Shown here piece after piece: positions 51,445 to 61,473 of a stretch of 64,000 nt of DNA. Origin of the DNA: Candidatus Bathyarchaeota archaeon (GTDB lineage Archaea > Thermoproteota > Bathyarchaeia > 40CM-2-53-6). The notes beneath the pieces are model-generated. The model made no database searches, had not been told where the DNA came from, and saw only the letters and a list, made by a program, of their open reading frames with translations. The stretch covers positions 64,001 through 128,000 of the forward strand of contig CAWHWX010000004.1 in the NCBI GenBank assembly GCA_963833125.1. The letters run 5' to 3'. The position numbers and the translations under genes were made by a program. How positions within the stretch are numbered: position 1 is the first letter of the stretch; every line of letters begins with the position of its first letter.

Positions 51445-52728
51445 ATGCGCACTTCAAGCAAGATAACGAAAGTGATCGGAAGAGAGATTCTGGATTCTCG
51501 TGGAAACCCTACCGTCGAAGCAATCACTTCATCCCGCGGCGTAACTGCCACCGCGGCTGTGCCATCCGGGGCATCAACCGGTACACATGAAGCCCTGGAA
51601 CTACGGGATCGAAACTCTAAACGATACAACGGATTAGGGGTGTTAACGGCGGTCAAGAACATAGATGAAACAATTGGACCAAAGGTGAAGGGACTCGACC
51701 CACGCCAGCAGTCAAAGATAGACGCACTCATGATCAAACTTGACGGTACACCTAACAAATCCCACCTGGGAGCGAACGCGATACTGGCAGTATCCCTAGC
51801 CGTGGCGAAACTATCAGCTCAACTAGAAGAGGTTCCCCTCTTTAGTTATCTAAGTAAAGGCAGAGGGCGAACCCTCCCAGTTCCCGTAATGAACGTCATA
51901 AATGGAGGAAAACACGCCGGCACCGGCTTGAAGATGCAAGAGTTCATGGTCGTTCCCACCGGAGCGAAGAGCTTCAGTGAATCACTCAGAATTGGAACCG
52001 AAATCTACCATGCACTAAAGAAAGTGATTCTCGTAAGACATGGAAAGTCAGCAGTCAACGTAGGGGACGAAGGAGGCTTCGCCCCTCCACTCAACAAAAC
52101 CCGTGAAGCGCTAGAGCTCATTCTCCAAGCGATCTCTGAAGCAGGGTACGCAGCAGGCAAAGATGCGTTCGTGGGAGTCGATGCAGCTTCCTCCGAATTC
52201 TACGAGAACGGAGCATACCAACTCGACGGCGAAACCAAATCACCCGAAGAGCTAATGCAATTTTATCTTCAATTGACTCAAGAATTCCCCATCCTGTACC
52301 TCGAAGACCCGTTCGAGCAAGAAGACTTTGAACACACCACGCAACTGACTCAGAGGATAGGGAACAGAGTAGAAATTGTGGGGGATGATATCTTCGTAAC
52401 AAATGTCTCTAGACTAAAGAGAGGAATAAGTGTTGGAGCTGCTAATGCGCTCCTCATGAAAGTGAACCAAATAGGAACTCTTACGGAGGCAATCGACGCT
52501 GCAAAACTCGCATTGAAAAGCCATTACCACGTGGTAACCAGTCACAGATCCGGGGAGACTGAGGACGCTACTATAGCTGACCTAGCCGTAGCGTTGAACT
52601 GCGGACAGATCAAGACAGGAGCGTCATGCAGAGGCGAACGCACCGCCAAGTACAATCGGCTGCTCCGAATAGAGCAAGAACTGGGAACCAGTGGACGTTT
52701 TCCTGGGATTGCAGCATTTAGGTTTTAG
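51445..52728 (+). CDS. eno: enolase
   Basis: DSRGNPTVE, PSGASTG, GDEGGFAP, SHRSGETED and KYNRLLRIE. Confidence 0.97.
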   Translation: MRTSSKITKVIGREILDSRGNPTVEAITSSRGVTATAAVPSGASTGTHEALELRDRNSKRYNGLGVLTAVKNIDETIGPKVKGLDPRQQSKIDALMIKLDGTPNKSHLGANAILAVSLAVAKLSAQLEEVPLFSYLSKGRGRTLPVPVMNVINGGKHAGTGLKMQEFMVVPTGAKSFSESLRIGTEIYHALKKVILVRHGKSAVNVGDEGGFAPPLNKTREALELILQAISEAGYAAGKDAFVGVDAASSEFYENGAYQLDGETKSPEELMQFYLQLTQEFPILYLEDPFEQEDFEHTTQLTQRIGNRVEIVGDDIFVTNVSRLKRGISVGAANALLMKVNQIGTLTEAIDAAKLALKSHYHVVTSHRSGETEDATIADLAVALNCGQIKTGASCRGERTAKYNRLLRIEQELGTSGRFPGIAAFRF

Positions 52729-52962
52729 CGCGAAATTAATGAGCTTCTGAATTCTTTTCAACATCACGCCCGAGTATTAGTTTTCCGAGCATGGCCGGAC
52801 GCTTCTCTGGGAAGACGGCGGTTGATCAAGACGACACGCTGTCCGCTGTGCATTTTGATAGTTTTTTCTGACTTGGGCGGAGAACGGGGCTTACATATTT
52901 GTTAGTGTTAACTGCGCTCCTAGCCCGTAAGAGCTTAATATGAAATCCAATGTGAAAGGCGC

Positions 52963-53916
52963 ATGGCCAATACGAGGATTTTCTTCACTTCGGACGTCCA
53001 TGGATCAGACGTTTGTTTTATGAAGTTCTTGAATGCAGCCAAATTCTACCAGGCAAACGTCCTCATATTGGGCGGCGACATTACTGGAAAAATGATTGTT
53101 CCGTTAGTGGAACAAGGAGATGGGAGTGCGGTTGCCGATTTTCTTGGAATACGTGAAGTCGTGAAGACCCCTGAAGAGCGGCAGGCTTTGGAGAAGAGGA
53201 TCAGGAACAGTGGTTACTATCCCTATTCGACGAGTTCTGGTGAATTCGAAAAGCTTCAAGCCGACAAGAGCCTAGTCGACGTGCTCTTTTCGAAAGTGAT
53301 GGCGGATGGGGTTAAGAGATGGGTCGATATCGCCGACCAACGCCTCAAGGGAACGGACGTCAAATGCTACATTAGCCCTGGAAATGATGATCGCTTCGAC
53401 ATCGACGACGTGCTCCGAGCCTCAACTGGAATAATCTACCCTGAAGACGAAGTTGTCTCGATCGATGACCACCACGAAATGATCACGAGCGGATGGGCGA
53501 GCACAACTCCTTGGAAAAGTCCTCGAGAGGTATCGGATGAGGAGTTGGTCAAGAAATTCCAACCAATGATAGATAAGGTTCAAAATATGGAAAGTTCAAT
53601 TTTCAATTTACATAATCCTCCATACGAGACTCCAATAGACCTGGCCCCGGAGCTCGATCCCAACCTGAAACCTGTGATAAAGGGCGGCGCGATGAGCATG
53701 ATTCACGTCGGGAGCAAGACCGTGAGACAACTGATAGAACAGTATAAACCGATGCTAGGCATCCACGGCCATATTCACGAATCTCGCGGCTTCGTAAAAA
53801 TCGGACGGACACTGTGTATTAACCCCGGAAGCGAGTATGGAGAAGGAATCCTTCGAGGCGCAATCATAAACCTCGACCAGAAAGGAGTCAAGAACTACAT
53901 GCTCACACAAGGCTAA
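52963..53916 (+). CDS. Icc-related metallophosphoesterase
   Basis: SDVHGS, GGDITGK, PGNDD, HGHIHE and NPGSEY. Confidence 0.9.
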   Translation: MANTRIFFTSDVHGSDVCFMKFLNAAKFYQANVLILGGDITGKMIVPLVEQGDGSAVADFLGIREVVKTPEERQALEKRIRNSGYYPYSTSSGEFEKLQADKSLVDVLFSKVMADGVKRWVDIADQRLKGTDVKCYISPGNDDRFDIDDVLRASTGIIYPEDEVVSIDDHHEMITSGWASTTPWKSPREVSDEELVKKFQPMIDKVQNMESSIFNLHNPPYETPIDLAPELDPNLKPVIKGGAMSMIHVGSKTVRQLIEQYKPMLGIHGHIHESRGFVKIGRTLCINPGSEYGEGILRGAIINLDQKGVKNYMLTQG

Positions 53917-53997
53917 CTCAATTACACTGAGAAGAACCACGCCAATATCCACGAGCTTATTGTATTCGAGTAACTGGTTTACCCACAGGTTGCTTGA

Positions 53998-54516
53998 TTG
54001 GACGCGTATGACGCTGTTGTAACAAAACTCGATGTGGCCGAGTTCTCTTCGAAGAATGTGCCGCCCGATATCAAACTCAAAGTTTTGGAAGCCGCACGGC
54101 TCTCAGGAAGCGGCATGAATGTGCAACACTGGAGATTCATACTCGTTCAGGGCGAGGATCGCCTCAAAACCCTCGCTAATGACAGCACGACCGGAAAGTG
54201 GGTCGAAGGCGCTAACTTCTCAGTTATCGTTGTGACTAACCCGAAATATGGGTTTCATATGCTCGATGCAGGCCGAGCTTTGACGAGTATGCAGATAGCT
54301 GCGTGGAATTTCGGTGTAGCCTCCAGAATCTTCACAGGCATCAATCGAGAGGCGCTCGAAAAGGACTTCAGTATCCCAAAGGAGTTGAACCCTGGCGTTG
54401 TCGTAGGCTTCGGTTATCCAGCAAGGAAGATAGCTGGAAGGAAGAAACGGAGCCCACTCAGCGAAGTAGCTTTCCTTGACCGATTCGGCAAACCTTTGAC
54501 CAAAGAACAATTGTAG
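53998..54516 (+). CDS. nitroreductase family protein
   Basis: LEAARLSGSGMNVQHWRF, DAG and GFGYP. Confidence 0.9.
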   Translation: MDAYDAVVTKLDVAEFSSKNVPPDIKLKVLEAARLSGSGMNVQHWRFILVQGEDRLKTLANDSTTGKWVEGANFSVIVVTNPKYGFHMLDAGRALTSMQIAAWNFGVASRIFTGINREALEKDFSIPKELNPGVVVGFGYPARKIAGRKKRSPLSEVAFLDRFGKPLTKEQL

Positions 54517-54524
54517 AGATTATC

Positions 54525-54986
54525 ATGCCATTAACGAAGATCGAGCTGACTACTCTTCTAAGCGAACCCAGAATGGCCCACCTAGCCACATCGTCTTCAA
54601 AGGGAAAGCCTCGGGTGAGCCCAATCTGGTTTGTATACGATCAAGGCTGCTTCTACTTCACTTCACGACTAGGCCGAATAAAGAGCAGCCACATTCAACA
54701 AAACCCCAACATCGCGCTGAGCATCGCGACTGACGACCGCCCGTATCGAGCGGTGTGCGCGTTCGGAAAAGCTCAGCTGGTTCAAAAGGATCGGGAGAAG
54801 TGGTTGGAGCGAATCTCATTCCGGTACGGCGAGAAGGAAGGAAGAAGCTGGTTGAACGAGGTGGTGAAACAGGAGGGGAGAGTTGTTTTCAAGCTTAAGC
54901 CCGATCGAATTCTCTCTTGGCATTATGGACGTGATGATTCTGAGCGACAGGAAAAGGGTGAATCAATGGCTACCTCAACATCCTAG
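54525..54986 (+). CDS. pyridoxamine 5'-phosphate oxidase-like (PPOX/F420-type) flavoprotein
   Basis: AHLAT...GKPRVSPIWF...K..HIQQNPNIAL. Confidence 0.85.
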   Translation: MPLTKIELTTLLSEPRMAHLATSSSKGKPRVSPIWFVYDQGCFYFTSRLGRIKSSHIQQNPNIALSIATDDRPYRAVCAFGKAQLVQKDREKWLERISFRYGEKEGRSWLNEVVKQEGRVVFKLKPDRILSWHYGRDDSERQEKGESMATSTS

Positions 54987-56697
54987 CAAGTTTACGTCGC
55001 TCTTGGATTTTGAATTTCTGTTTTCTCATTTCGGTCAGTTTCTTTCGTGTATTTTTGAAGTAGCTTTCGTAGCTCTTGATTTTGCTTTCGAAGAAGTTGG
55101 ATGCCTCGCTGCAATTCGCTTCTTGAATTAGGGCGTTCTTTGCAAGAAATGGAATCAAGAGATCGTACGCCTTTTCCCTAAGAGCCGGTTCAGGCCGACC
55201 ACGCTTTGCGCTCTTATCAACTAACCTAGAAAGTGCCTCTTTCAACATCTCTAGGGTTTGAGTATCGTCGATTGAGACGTTGGGTTTCGTGGTCCCTCTT
55301 TTGAACCTGAAAATGAAATCGCCGACGAATGCTCCGATCTGCATTGCGTGAAAAGTGGTCATGTATGGTCTGATTGGAGGTTGATACTGTACGTCTTTGG
55401 GATCGAGAGTGAATCCGGCACTAGCAGCAGCGGTAATGAAGCTGCTTACGACCCGGAAGTCCTTACTGTTGAATGTTGAGACAAAGTTACCGTCGGGCTT
55501 TAGCACCCGATAGCATTCATCGAATACGCCTCTAAGAAGTCTTTCATAATCTTCAAGAGATTTCCCTTGCCATCTATTGATTATGGCTTCATCTTTCTTT
55601 TCGATTAACTTGCCAGCATCATTCATCCAAATGTACCAGAAGTCCGCTAGTTCGGCATAGTTGACGTTTCCTCCGTAAGGCGGGTCTGTAATCAACGCGT
55701 CTACCGAGTTGTCCGGGATCGGGAGATCGGCGCTGTTTTGGGTTAAGACGAGGCACGTTGCGTCTCGGTCCACGAGTTCGTGGAAATCGTGTGCGAGCCT
55801 CGCGAAGTTTCCAATGTGATCCATGCTGTAGTTTTTCCCTTTCTGAACTGCGACAAATCGACGGCTGAAAATGTTCCATACATTTAGTTCGAGACTCTTG
55901 GGGTAGATCCAGTATGCGTGCATCGCCCACCCCTCAACGATTGCGCCTCTGAGATGTGACTGGCGGCTGGCCCACTTTAGGGAACCACTGAACGTAAATG
56001 AGAGAAGATCCCTCGCGGTGGATCTAGAGAACTTTGAAATTTCTTTGCGAAGGATTGAGAGAGCCAGAAGGTTTCTTTTGGAAAAGAGCTGATTGAAGGT
56101 GACGAGCTTGTGTGCCAGAAGATAATCTGTTTTAACTCCTCTAGGAATGCGAGTTAACGGAAAGGATAAATCACGTTCTTTCACGGAGCGCTTGAAGCGT
56201 CGCTCAATCCCGGTTACGAGACTGTAGTCGCTTTTGGTGGGGGCTTTTTCAGATGGGCCGCAGGTTGGGCAGTCGTATTTGATGCGTATGATGTGCTTGG
56301 TTCTTTCATCCCACTCGAGCCAATCCGCGACCGTGACTGATCGGCATTTGTTACAGCGTGTCTGATAGAGTGAGGTAAGTTCGTTTCCAACTCGATCGGT
56401 TAGTTGTGTGAACAAGGAGCGGAACTCGGAGAGATCAGCGGGGACGCATTCCATTGACGTTACGTATGCAGCAACCGGGTTAACGTCGACACCGACGGCC
56501 TTCCTGCGCAGCTTCAGGGCTTCTACGACTGTAACTCCTCCTCCGCAAAAAGGGTCGAGCACGATGTCCCCCTGAGAAGAGTATTGGGACACAAGATCTG
56601 AGAAGACATTCCAGGGTCGTCTAGCAAAATACTTGTGCATCCTGTAGACCGCAGTGTGGGGCTTAGCTTCCAATGATTTCGAGTACACCGATGTCAA
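54970..56697 (-). CDS. N6-adenine/N4-cytosine DNA methyltransferase with Zn-ribbon insert
   Basis: MHKYFARRP, LDPFCGGG (SAM-binding), CNKC/CPTC and ITDPPY (catalytic). Confidence 0.88.
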   Translation of the reverse strand: MTSVYSKSLEAKPHTAVYRMHKYFARRPWNVFSDLVSQYSSQGDIVLDPFCGGGVTVVEALKLRRKAVGVDVNPVAAYVTSMECVPADLSEFRSLFTQLTDRVGNELTSLYQTRCNKCRSVTVADWLEWDERTKHIIRIKYDCPTCGPSEKAPTKSDYSLVTGIERRFKRSVKERDLSFPLTRIPRGVKTDYLLAHKLVTFNQLFSKRNLLALSILRKEISKFSRSTARDLLSFTFSGSLKWASRQSHLRGAIVEGWAMHAYWIYPKSLELNVWNIFSRRFVAVQKGKNYSMDHIGNFARLAHDFHELVDRDATCLVLTQNSADLPIPDNSVDALITDPPYGGNVNYAELADFWYIWMNDAGKLIEKKDEAIINRWQGKSLEDYERLLRGVFDECYRVLKPDGNFVSTFNSKDFRVVSSFITAAASAGFTLDPKDVQYQPPIRPYMTTFHAMQIGAFVGDFIFRFKRGTTKPNVSIDDTQTLEMLKEALSRLVDKSAKRGRPEPALREKAYDLLIPFLAKNALIQEANCSEASNFFESKIKSYESYFKNTRKKLTEMRKQKFKIQERRKLARMLR

Positions 56698-56764
56698 TGG
56701 TGGTCAAGCCTTGCGAATCTTTTCCTTAATATCGACCTGAGACGTAAGCACGAGATCTTGATCA

Positions 56765-57268
56765 TTGATGATTAAGAAAGCTATGTTTAGAGAGGGTCAC
56801 GTGCCGAAAGGTGGGACTTGCATTTCCACCTTCCTGGTACTCTCAGGGGAGGATGGTATTCTTTTGGGAAAGATGACGAGACCGGAAGTATGGGTTGAGA
56901 TGTTCTTCGTTGGCGAGAACTTTGCTCCTCAATACGCTTCCTCTGGGAAATGGCTTCTTCCTGCCTCTCACCTGAAGTACGGCGAGAAACCCGACGACGC
57001 CGCGGAACGAGTCCTGACCGAACAGCTAGGGCTCAACGACGTGAAATTGTCATTCAGTCGGGTTCAATCGCACCTATCACAAGACCCCAGTGATCCAGAA
57101 ACTGCACACTGGGACATCTGCTTCGTTTACGAGGGAAGAGTGAAAGGAGAGGTGAAACGGCCTGAGTGGTTTTCTGAACTAAAATTTGTCAAAGCCAATG
57201 AGATTAGGGCGGACGATTTCACCCGTGGGCATGGGGATGTGCTTAAGGAACTCGGACTGATTCACTAG
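56765..57268 (+). CDS. NUDIX-fold protein
   Basis: WLLPASHLKYGEKPDDAAERVLTEQLG, degenerate Nudix box. Confidence 0.75.
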   Translation: MMIKKAMFREGHVPKGGTCISTFLVLSGEDGILLGKMTRPEVWVEMFFVGENFAPQYASSGKWLLPASHLKYGEKPDDAAERVLTEQLGLNDVKLSFSRVQSHLSQDPSDPETAHWDICFVYEGRVKGEVKRPEWFSELKFVKANEIRADDFTRGHGDVLKELGLIH

Positions 57269-57402
57269 CATTCCGCCTTCTCACAAGCATCCATCAAATG
57301 CTTAGCCTTGACGAAGTTCAGATATGCCCAGTCGCTAAATTCGACCTCGGTACTACAATGTCTGTCAAATGGCGATTATTGTAAGGGAGGTGTTGAGAGG
57401 AT

Positions 57403-57528
57403 ATGTGTGATGGTGGTCGTAGGTTTCTAACGAAGGAAGAGAAAGTTGAATGGCTTCAAGAATACAAGAGCAACTTAGAGAATGAACTCAAGGGCGTTAC
57501 CGAGAGAATCGAAGAGCTAAAGCATTGA
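57403..57528 (+). CDS. small coiled-coil protein (DUF5320-like), not in ORF track
   Basis: SD GGAGGTG upstream; MCDGGRRFLTKEEKVEWLQEYKSNLENELKGVTERIEELKH. Confidence 0.75.
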   Translation: MCDGGRRFLTKEEKVEWLQEYKSNLENELKGVTERIEELKH

Positions 57529-57539
57529 TTCTATTGTAG

Positions 57540-57560
57540 ATTTTCTCCCTTCTTTTTTTT
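57540..57560 (+). terminator. oligo-T/pyrimidine archaeal terminator
   Basis: TTTTTCTCCCTTCTTTTTTTT about 12 nt after the stop. Confidence 0.55.
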
Positions 57561-57621
57561 ATTCTAACTTCATATTAGGGGAATGTAATGCTGATTTAGT
57601 GAAGTTGACGAGGTTCGGTTC

Positions 57622-57993
57622 TTGATCTCCCTTCGACAGACGATTAATTTACTGATCTACCTGACCGTTGCATTAGGCATCGTCCTACTCCCACAACTTT
57701 TCCAGTTGGTTCCGACTTGGCTGTTTCTCTCAGTTCTCGTAGGATGGCTCGCATACCTTGCCGTAGCGGTCTTGGTTGCTGTTGGGCGCAGGATAGCATA
57801 TCCGATAGCTTTTGTGCTTTCGATCCTCACGCTCGGAGTTTCATTGCCGCAGCCAGAACATTACTCATATGTCGAAGCAGGACTTTCCCTTGCTTCCAGC
57901 ACGTTCATCGTTGGTTCGGCTCTGCAAGTGGCACTCCTAGTTCTCATCCCAATCTATCTTTACCGTGCACGGACAAGCGTGAAGCATACCTAG
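57622..57993 (+). CDS. hypothetical membrane protein
   Basis: 123 aa, 4 TM segments. Confidence 0.65.
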   Translation: MISLRQTINLLIYLTVALGIVLLPQLFQLVPTWLFLSVLVGWLAYLAVAVLVAVGRRIAYPIAFVLSILTLGVSLPQPEHYSYVEAGLSLASSTFIVGSALQVALLVLIPIYLYRARTSVKHT

Positions 57994-58699
57994 GTTCTCG
58001 CGGTTAGGTCGACAAACTGGAAGCCATCTCGCATTACCCGTTCGCCTACCTGAACTGGGATGGGTTTCTTGAAGATCGGGCCATCATACACAAACGTGTG
58101 AAATTCCCCGTTCTCACCACACGGATCTACGTTTTCAGGCAAATCTCTAACCAGCGAGGAGTTGAATTCGCGTCCGGCAAACCGGGCATCAAGCTTCCTT
58201 GGGTCAACGCAGCAAATAATGGCGCGAAAACGGATCCCCAACATCTCTCTAGCCAAATTCGCAGTATCTTTTCCCCAAACTGGGAAAATAGGTGTCAAAT
58301 CAATCTGAGCAATTTTTTCCTCGCGATACTTGCGGATATCTTCTAGAAACAAATCCCCGAAGATCACATGTGTGACTCCCTTTCCCTTCCAAAACGAGAG
58401 CACTTCACGCATCTTCTCCTCATACACGACGTTGGGGCAGGGATACGGAATCAACACCTTCTGCAATTGAATGCCCAACGACCCCGCCTGCAACTCAAGA
58501 AGCTCCTCCCTAACCCCATGCATTGACACACGGTGGAACATGCGTCACTAACCGTAGTGAGCAAGCAGACGACTTCAAGCTGCTTGGCCACTAAGGTCCT
58601 GTAGAGCGCCAGAGCACTATCTTTGCCAGAAGACCACGAAAGAATAGCTTTCGGTCGGTTAACGGAGGTCGTACCGTTCGCCGCATGATGATTTTCCAT
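57990..58699 (-). CDS. Dph6-related PP-loop ATP pyrophosphatase (indel near 58540)
   Basis: SWSSGKDS, RVSMHGVR, FGDLFLED and DPCGENGEFHTFV. Confidence 0.88.
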
Positions 58700-58780
58700 G
58701 AGTCAAAAAGCCTTGGTATGGTAAAATGTGGCAAACATTTTTAATCCATCGGGATAGTCGGTGTAGTTGAGGTTTCGAAG

Positions 58781-58978
58781 CTGCAGTCATTTCGGTTTGG
58801 ATATTGCGTCGTATGTGGAACGACTAGCCCAATGGGCCAAAGATTCTGTTCCCGGTGCGGAACCCCGCTCCCTCAACCCGTCCCAGGACCGACGGGAATA
58901 TGCCCCTTCTGCTCTCTCAGAAATTCACCCGCTGTACGATTCTGCGGAAGATGCGGATCACCTCTTTCTGGAATCTAA
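58781..58978 (+). CDS. double zinc ribbon protein with apparent CTG start (not in ORF track)
   Basis: (M)QSFRFGYCVVCGTTSPMGQRFCSRCGTPLPQPVPGPTGICPFCSLRNSPAVRFCGRCGSPLSGI; SD GAGGT 7 nt upstream. Confidence 0.8.
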   Translation: MQSFRFGYCVVCGTTSPMGQRFCSRCGTPLPQPVPGPTGICPFCSLRNSPAVRFCGRCGSPLSGI

Positions 58979-58996
58979 CCTGGACTTGGTCTATAC

Positions 58997-60376
58997 TTAG
59001 ATCGTGACCTTTGTTCCAGGGTTCATTATGTTGTTTGGGTCGAAGAACCGCTTTAGACTCTTCATCAATTCGATCTCTCCTTTGTTCAGAAATTGCTCGA
59101 CCTTCTTTGTTCTAGTTTTGCCTATCCCGTGTTCGCCCGTTATTACTCCTCCGAGAGCCATCGTGGCTTTGTAGATCCTGTCACTCAATTCGTCTATTTT
59201 CTGTAATTGTTCGCCCTGTTTTCGCATTATGTGAACGTGTAGATTCCCGTCGCCCGCGTGACCGTAGACCGGTAAGGGAACGCCGGTCTCCTTTGAGATG
59301 TCCTCGACGGTTTGTACGATCTGATCAATCTTAGAGATTGGCACTACAATGTCTAAGATATCTAGAACGTCAGGTTTGAGTACGGTGTAGAGATTGCTTC
59401 TGATCGATAGAATGTTTTCTTGATCCGCTGCTGATTCAGCTGCGAAGATTTCAAAAGCCGTATTCTCCTTGCATATCTCGGATATCCTCAAGCTCTTGGA
59501 GAGCACTTCATCCCTTGTATCCTCGCCGACGATAATCAGTAAGTAGTAATCGCCCGTCGTAACCGGCCAAGTTCTCCCAATGTGCTTGGCCGTTCGTTCC
59601 ATTAGATCTCTTTCAACATACTCAATCGCTAAAGGTGCTACACCTTGTCTGAGAATAAGTGGGACTGTGCCGATGGCTGCGTGGCGGTCGGCGAAGGGGA
59701 CAACCAACGTAATTGAGGCACCCTCTTTTCCGTAGAGCTGAATCGTCGCATTTGTAACGATTCCAAGAGTACCTTCACTTCCAATAATGAGTTGCATTAG
59801 GTCGTAGCTAACGTTGTCTTTGTGCACCTTTCCCCCCAGATGTAGTAGTTCGCCTGACGGGAGAATTACCTCTAAGGCTCTAACGTGGTTGCGCATAACC
59901 CCATGTCTGACTGCTCTGGACCCGCCCGCGTTTGTGGCCACAAGCCCCCCGACCTGAGCGTTTTCGTCCCCCGGGTGTGGGGGGAAGGAAAGACCCTCTC
60001 TACTCGACGCTTCATTTAACTTGCCAAGCGTGACTCCGGCGCCAACATCGGCCATCATATTTTCTCTGTCAATCTCGATATGGTTCAATCGTTCGAGGGA
60101 CAAGACTATGCCATTTCTTGTGGGCACCGCCCCGCCTACTAGGCCCGTACCTCCTCCGCGCGGGAATACTGGAATTCTATTTTGATTAGCGAGTTTAACT
60201 ACGGCTGCTACCTCGTTTGCGTTCTTGGGTTTCACGACGACAACGTCGCTCGCAGGCTTAGGTTCAACATCAGCGGGAGTCTCGTCTGAGAGATAGTTGA
60301 GCATACTTTCTCTCCTGGAAACCGTCTGATCACTTCCAACGATAGATTCAAGCTCCTTCAGCAAAACCGGATCCAT
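58997..60376 (-). CDS. FAD-linked oxidoreductase, GlcD/D-lactate dehydrogenase family
   Basis: PRGGGTGLVGG, GSEGTLG, GHAGDGNLH and GEHGIG. Confidence 0.92.
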   Translation of the reverse strand: MDPVLLKELESIVGSDQTVSRRESMLNYLSDETPADVEPKPASDVVVVKPKNANEVAAVVKLANQNRIPVFPRGGGTGLVGGAVPTRNGIVLSLERLNHIEIDRENMMADVGAGVTLGKLNEASSREGLSFPPHPGDENAQVGGLVATNAGGSRAVRHGVMRNHVRALEVILPSGELLHLGGKVHKDNVSYDLMQLIIGSEGTLGIVTNATIQLYGKEGASITLVVPFADRHAAIGTVPLILRQGVAPLAIEYVERDLMERTAKHIGRTWPVTTGDYYLLIIVGEDTRDEVLSKSLRISEICKENTAFEIFAAESAADQENILSIRSNLYTVLKPDVLDILDIVVPISKIDQIVQTVEDISKETGVPLPVYGHAGDGNLHVHIMRKQGEQLQKIDELSDRIYKATMALGGVITGEHGIGKTRTKKVEQFLNKGEIELMKSLKRFFDPNNIMNPGTKVTI

Positions 60377-60519
60377 CGGCGATCAAGCGTAGCCAGACTC
60401 GGGACAGAGATAACTTTGCGTATAGGTGGTTAAGCGTGGGTACCATAGGTGGGTCGCGGGTCAACATACTATTTAGCGACCATTTCGACGGTGGCGTTCT
60501 ATGGAGAGAATCGAAGAAA

Positions 60520-61473
60520 TTGGCTGAAGACGCCAGTAGGGAACCCCCCTCTATAGGGAGAGGTGGACTCCAGAACGTTGTATGCGATCATTTGACTAAG
60601 ATCTACGGAAAGAGTGATGCTAAAGCGCTCGACGCCTTGAGCTTCTCCTTGAGTTCCCGCGGGATATTCGTGCTTATCGGCAGGAACGGGTCTGGCAAAA
60701 CGACCCTCGTACGAATCCTGGCGACTGAACTTGAACCAACCTCTGGAAACGCTACGATAAATGGAATTGACGTCGTAAGGGACGCACGGAAACTCAGAGA
60801 GAAAATAGCGATCGTACCCCAAGAAGCCAGGCCAATACCATGGATGACGCCTCTACAAACGGTTCGGGCCTACCTTCTCTGGAGAGGGTTCGGTTATTCC
60901 GAAGCAAAACGAAGAGCTCTTTTAGCGCTGGAGAAGCTTGGTCTATCCAAGTCCTGCAATGACCTGAACCGAAAACTATCCGGCGGCATGAGGAGAAAGG
61001 TGATGGTTGCTACCGTTCTTTCCTCGGAAGCCGACGTAATCTTCTTGGACGAGCCAACTACAGGCCTCGACCCAATTTCGAGAAGAGAGTTCTGGGCGAC
61101 TCTCAGAGAGATCGGAAGAGAACGCTTCACGTTCCTCACCACTCACTACCTTGAGGAGGCTGAAGAGCTTGGTGATAGAATTGGAATCTTAGATCAAGGT
61201 AGACTAGTCCGTATGGGAACAATGAAGGAGCTACGGAATAGTGTTCCCTACAACTACAGCCTGAAGATCCTATCTCCGACGGCAGGGTTTCCGTCACCGC
61301 AAAGCGGTGAGACAATTACCGGACAGGACGGCAGTGTCATGATCCTCACAACGGAGGAGGAAGCCTACAGGGTTTCAAGAGACCTTGTCAAGCAAGGCCT
61401 CAAGTTTGCTGTTAATCCAATTTCCCTTGATGACATATTCTTCTATCTTGCAAGGCGAAAAGCAGATGAATGA
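60520..61473 (+). CDS. ABC transporter ATP-binding protein (DrrA-like)
   Basis: GRNGSGKTT, LSGGMRR, LDEPT and THYLEEAE; start uncertain (60436-60520). Confidence 0.92.
   Translation: MAEDASREPPSIGRGGLQNVVCDHLTKIYGKSDAKALDALSFSLSSRGIFVLIGRNGSGKTTLVRILATELEPTSGNATINGIDVVRDARKLREKIAIVPQEARPIPWMTPLQTVRAYLLWRGFGYSEAKRRALLALEKLGLSKSCNDLNRKLSGGMRRKVMVATVLSSEADVIFLDEPTTGLDPISRREFWATLREIGRERFTFLTTHYLEEAEELGDRIGILDQGRLVRMGTMKELRNSVPYNYSLKILSPTAGFPSPQSGETITGQDGSVMILTTEEEAYRVSRDLVKQGLKFAVNPISLDDIFFYLARRKADE

Noticed and set aside
52878-52896. AGAACGGGGCTTAC resembling the RNase P RNA 3' conserved region
   Set aside because: No GAGGAA-type 5' conserved region and too little space for the RNA
58808-58898. 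Run of GC-rich hairpins suggesting an ncRNA
   Set aside because: Explained by the coding sequence of the hidden double zinc-ribbon gene
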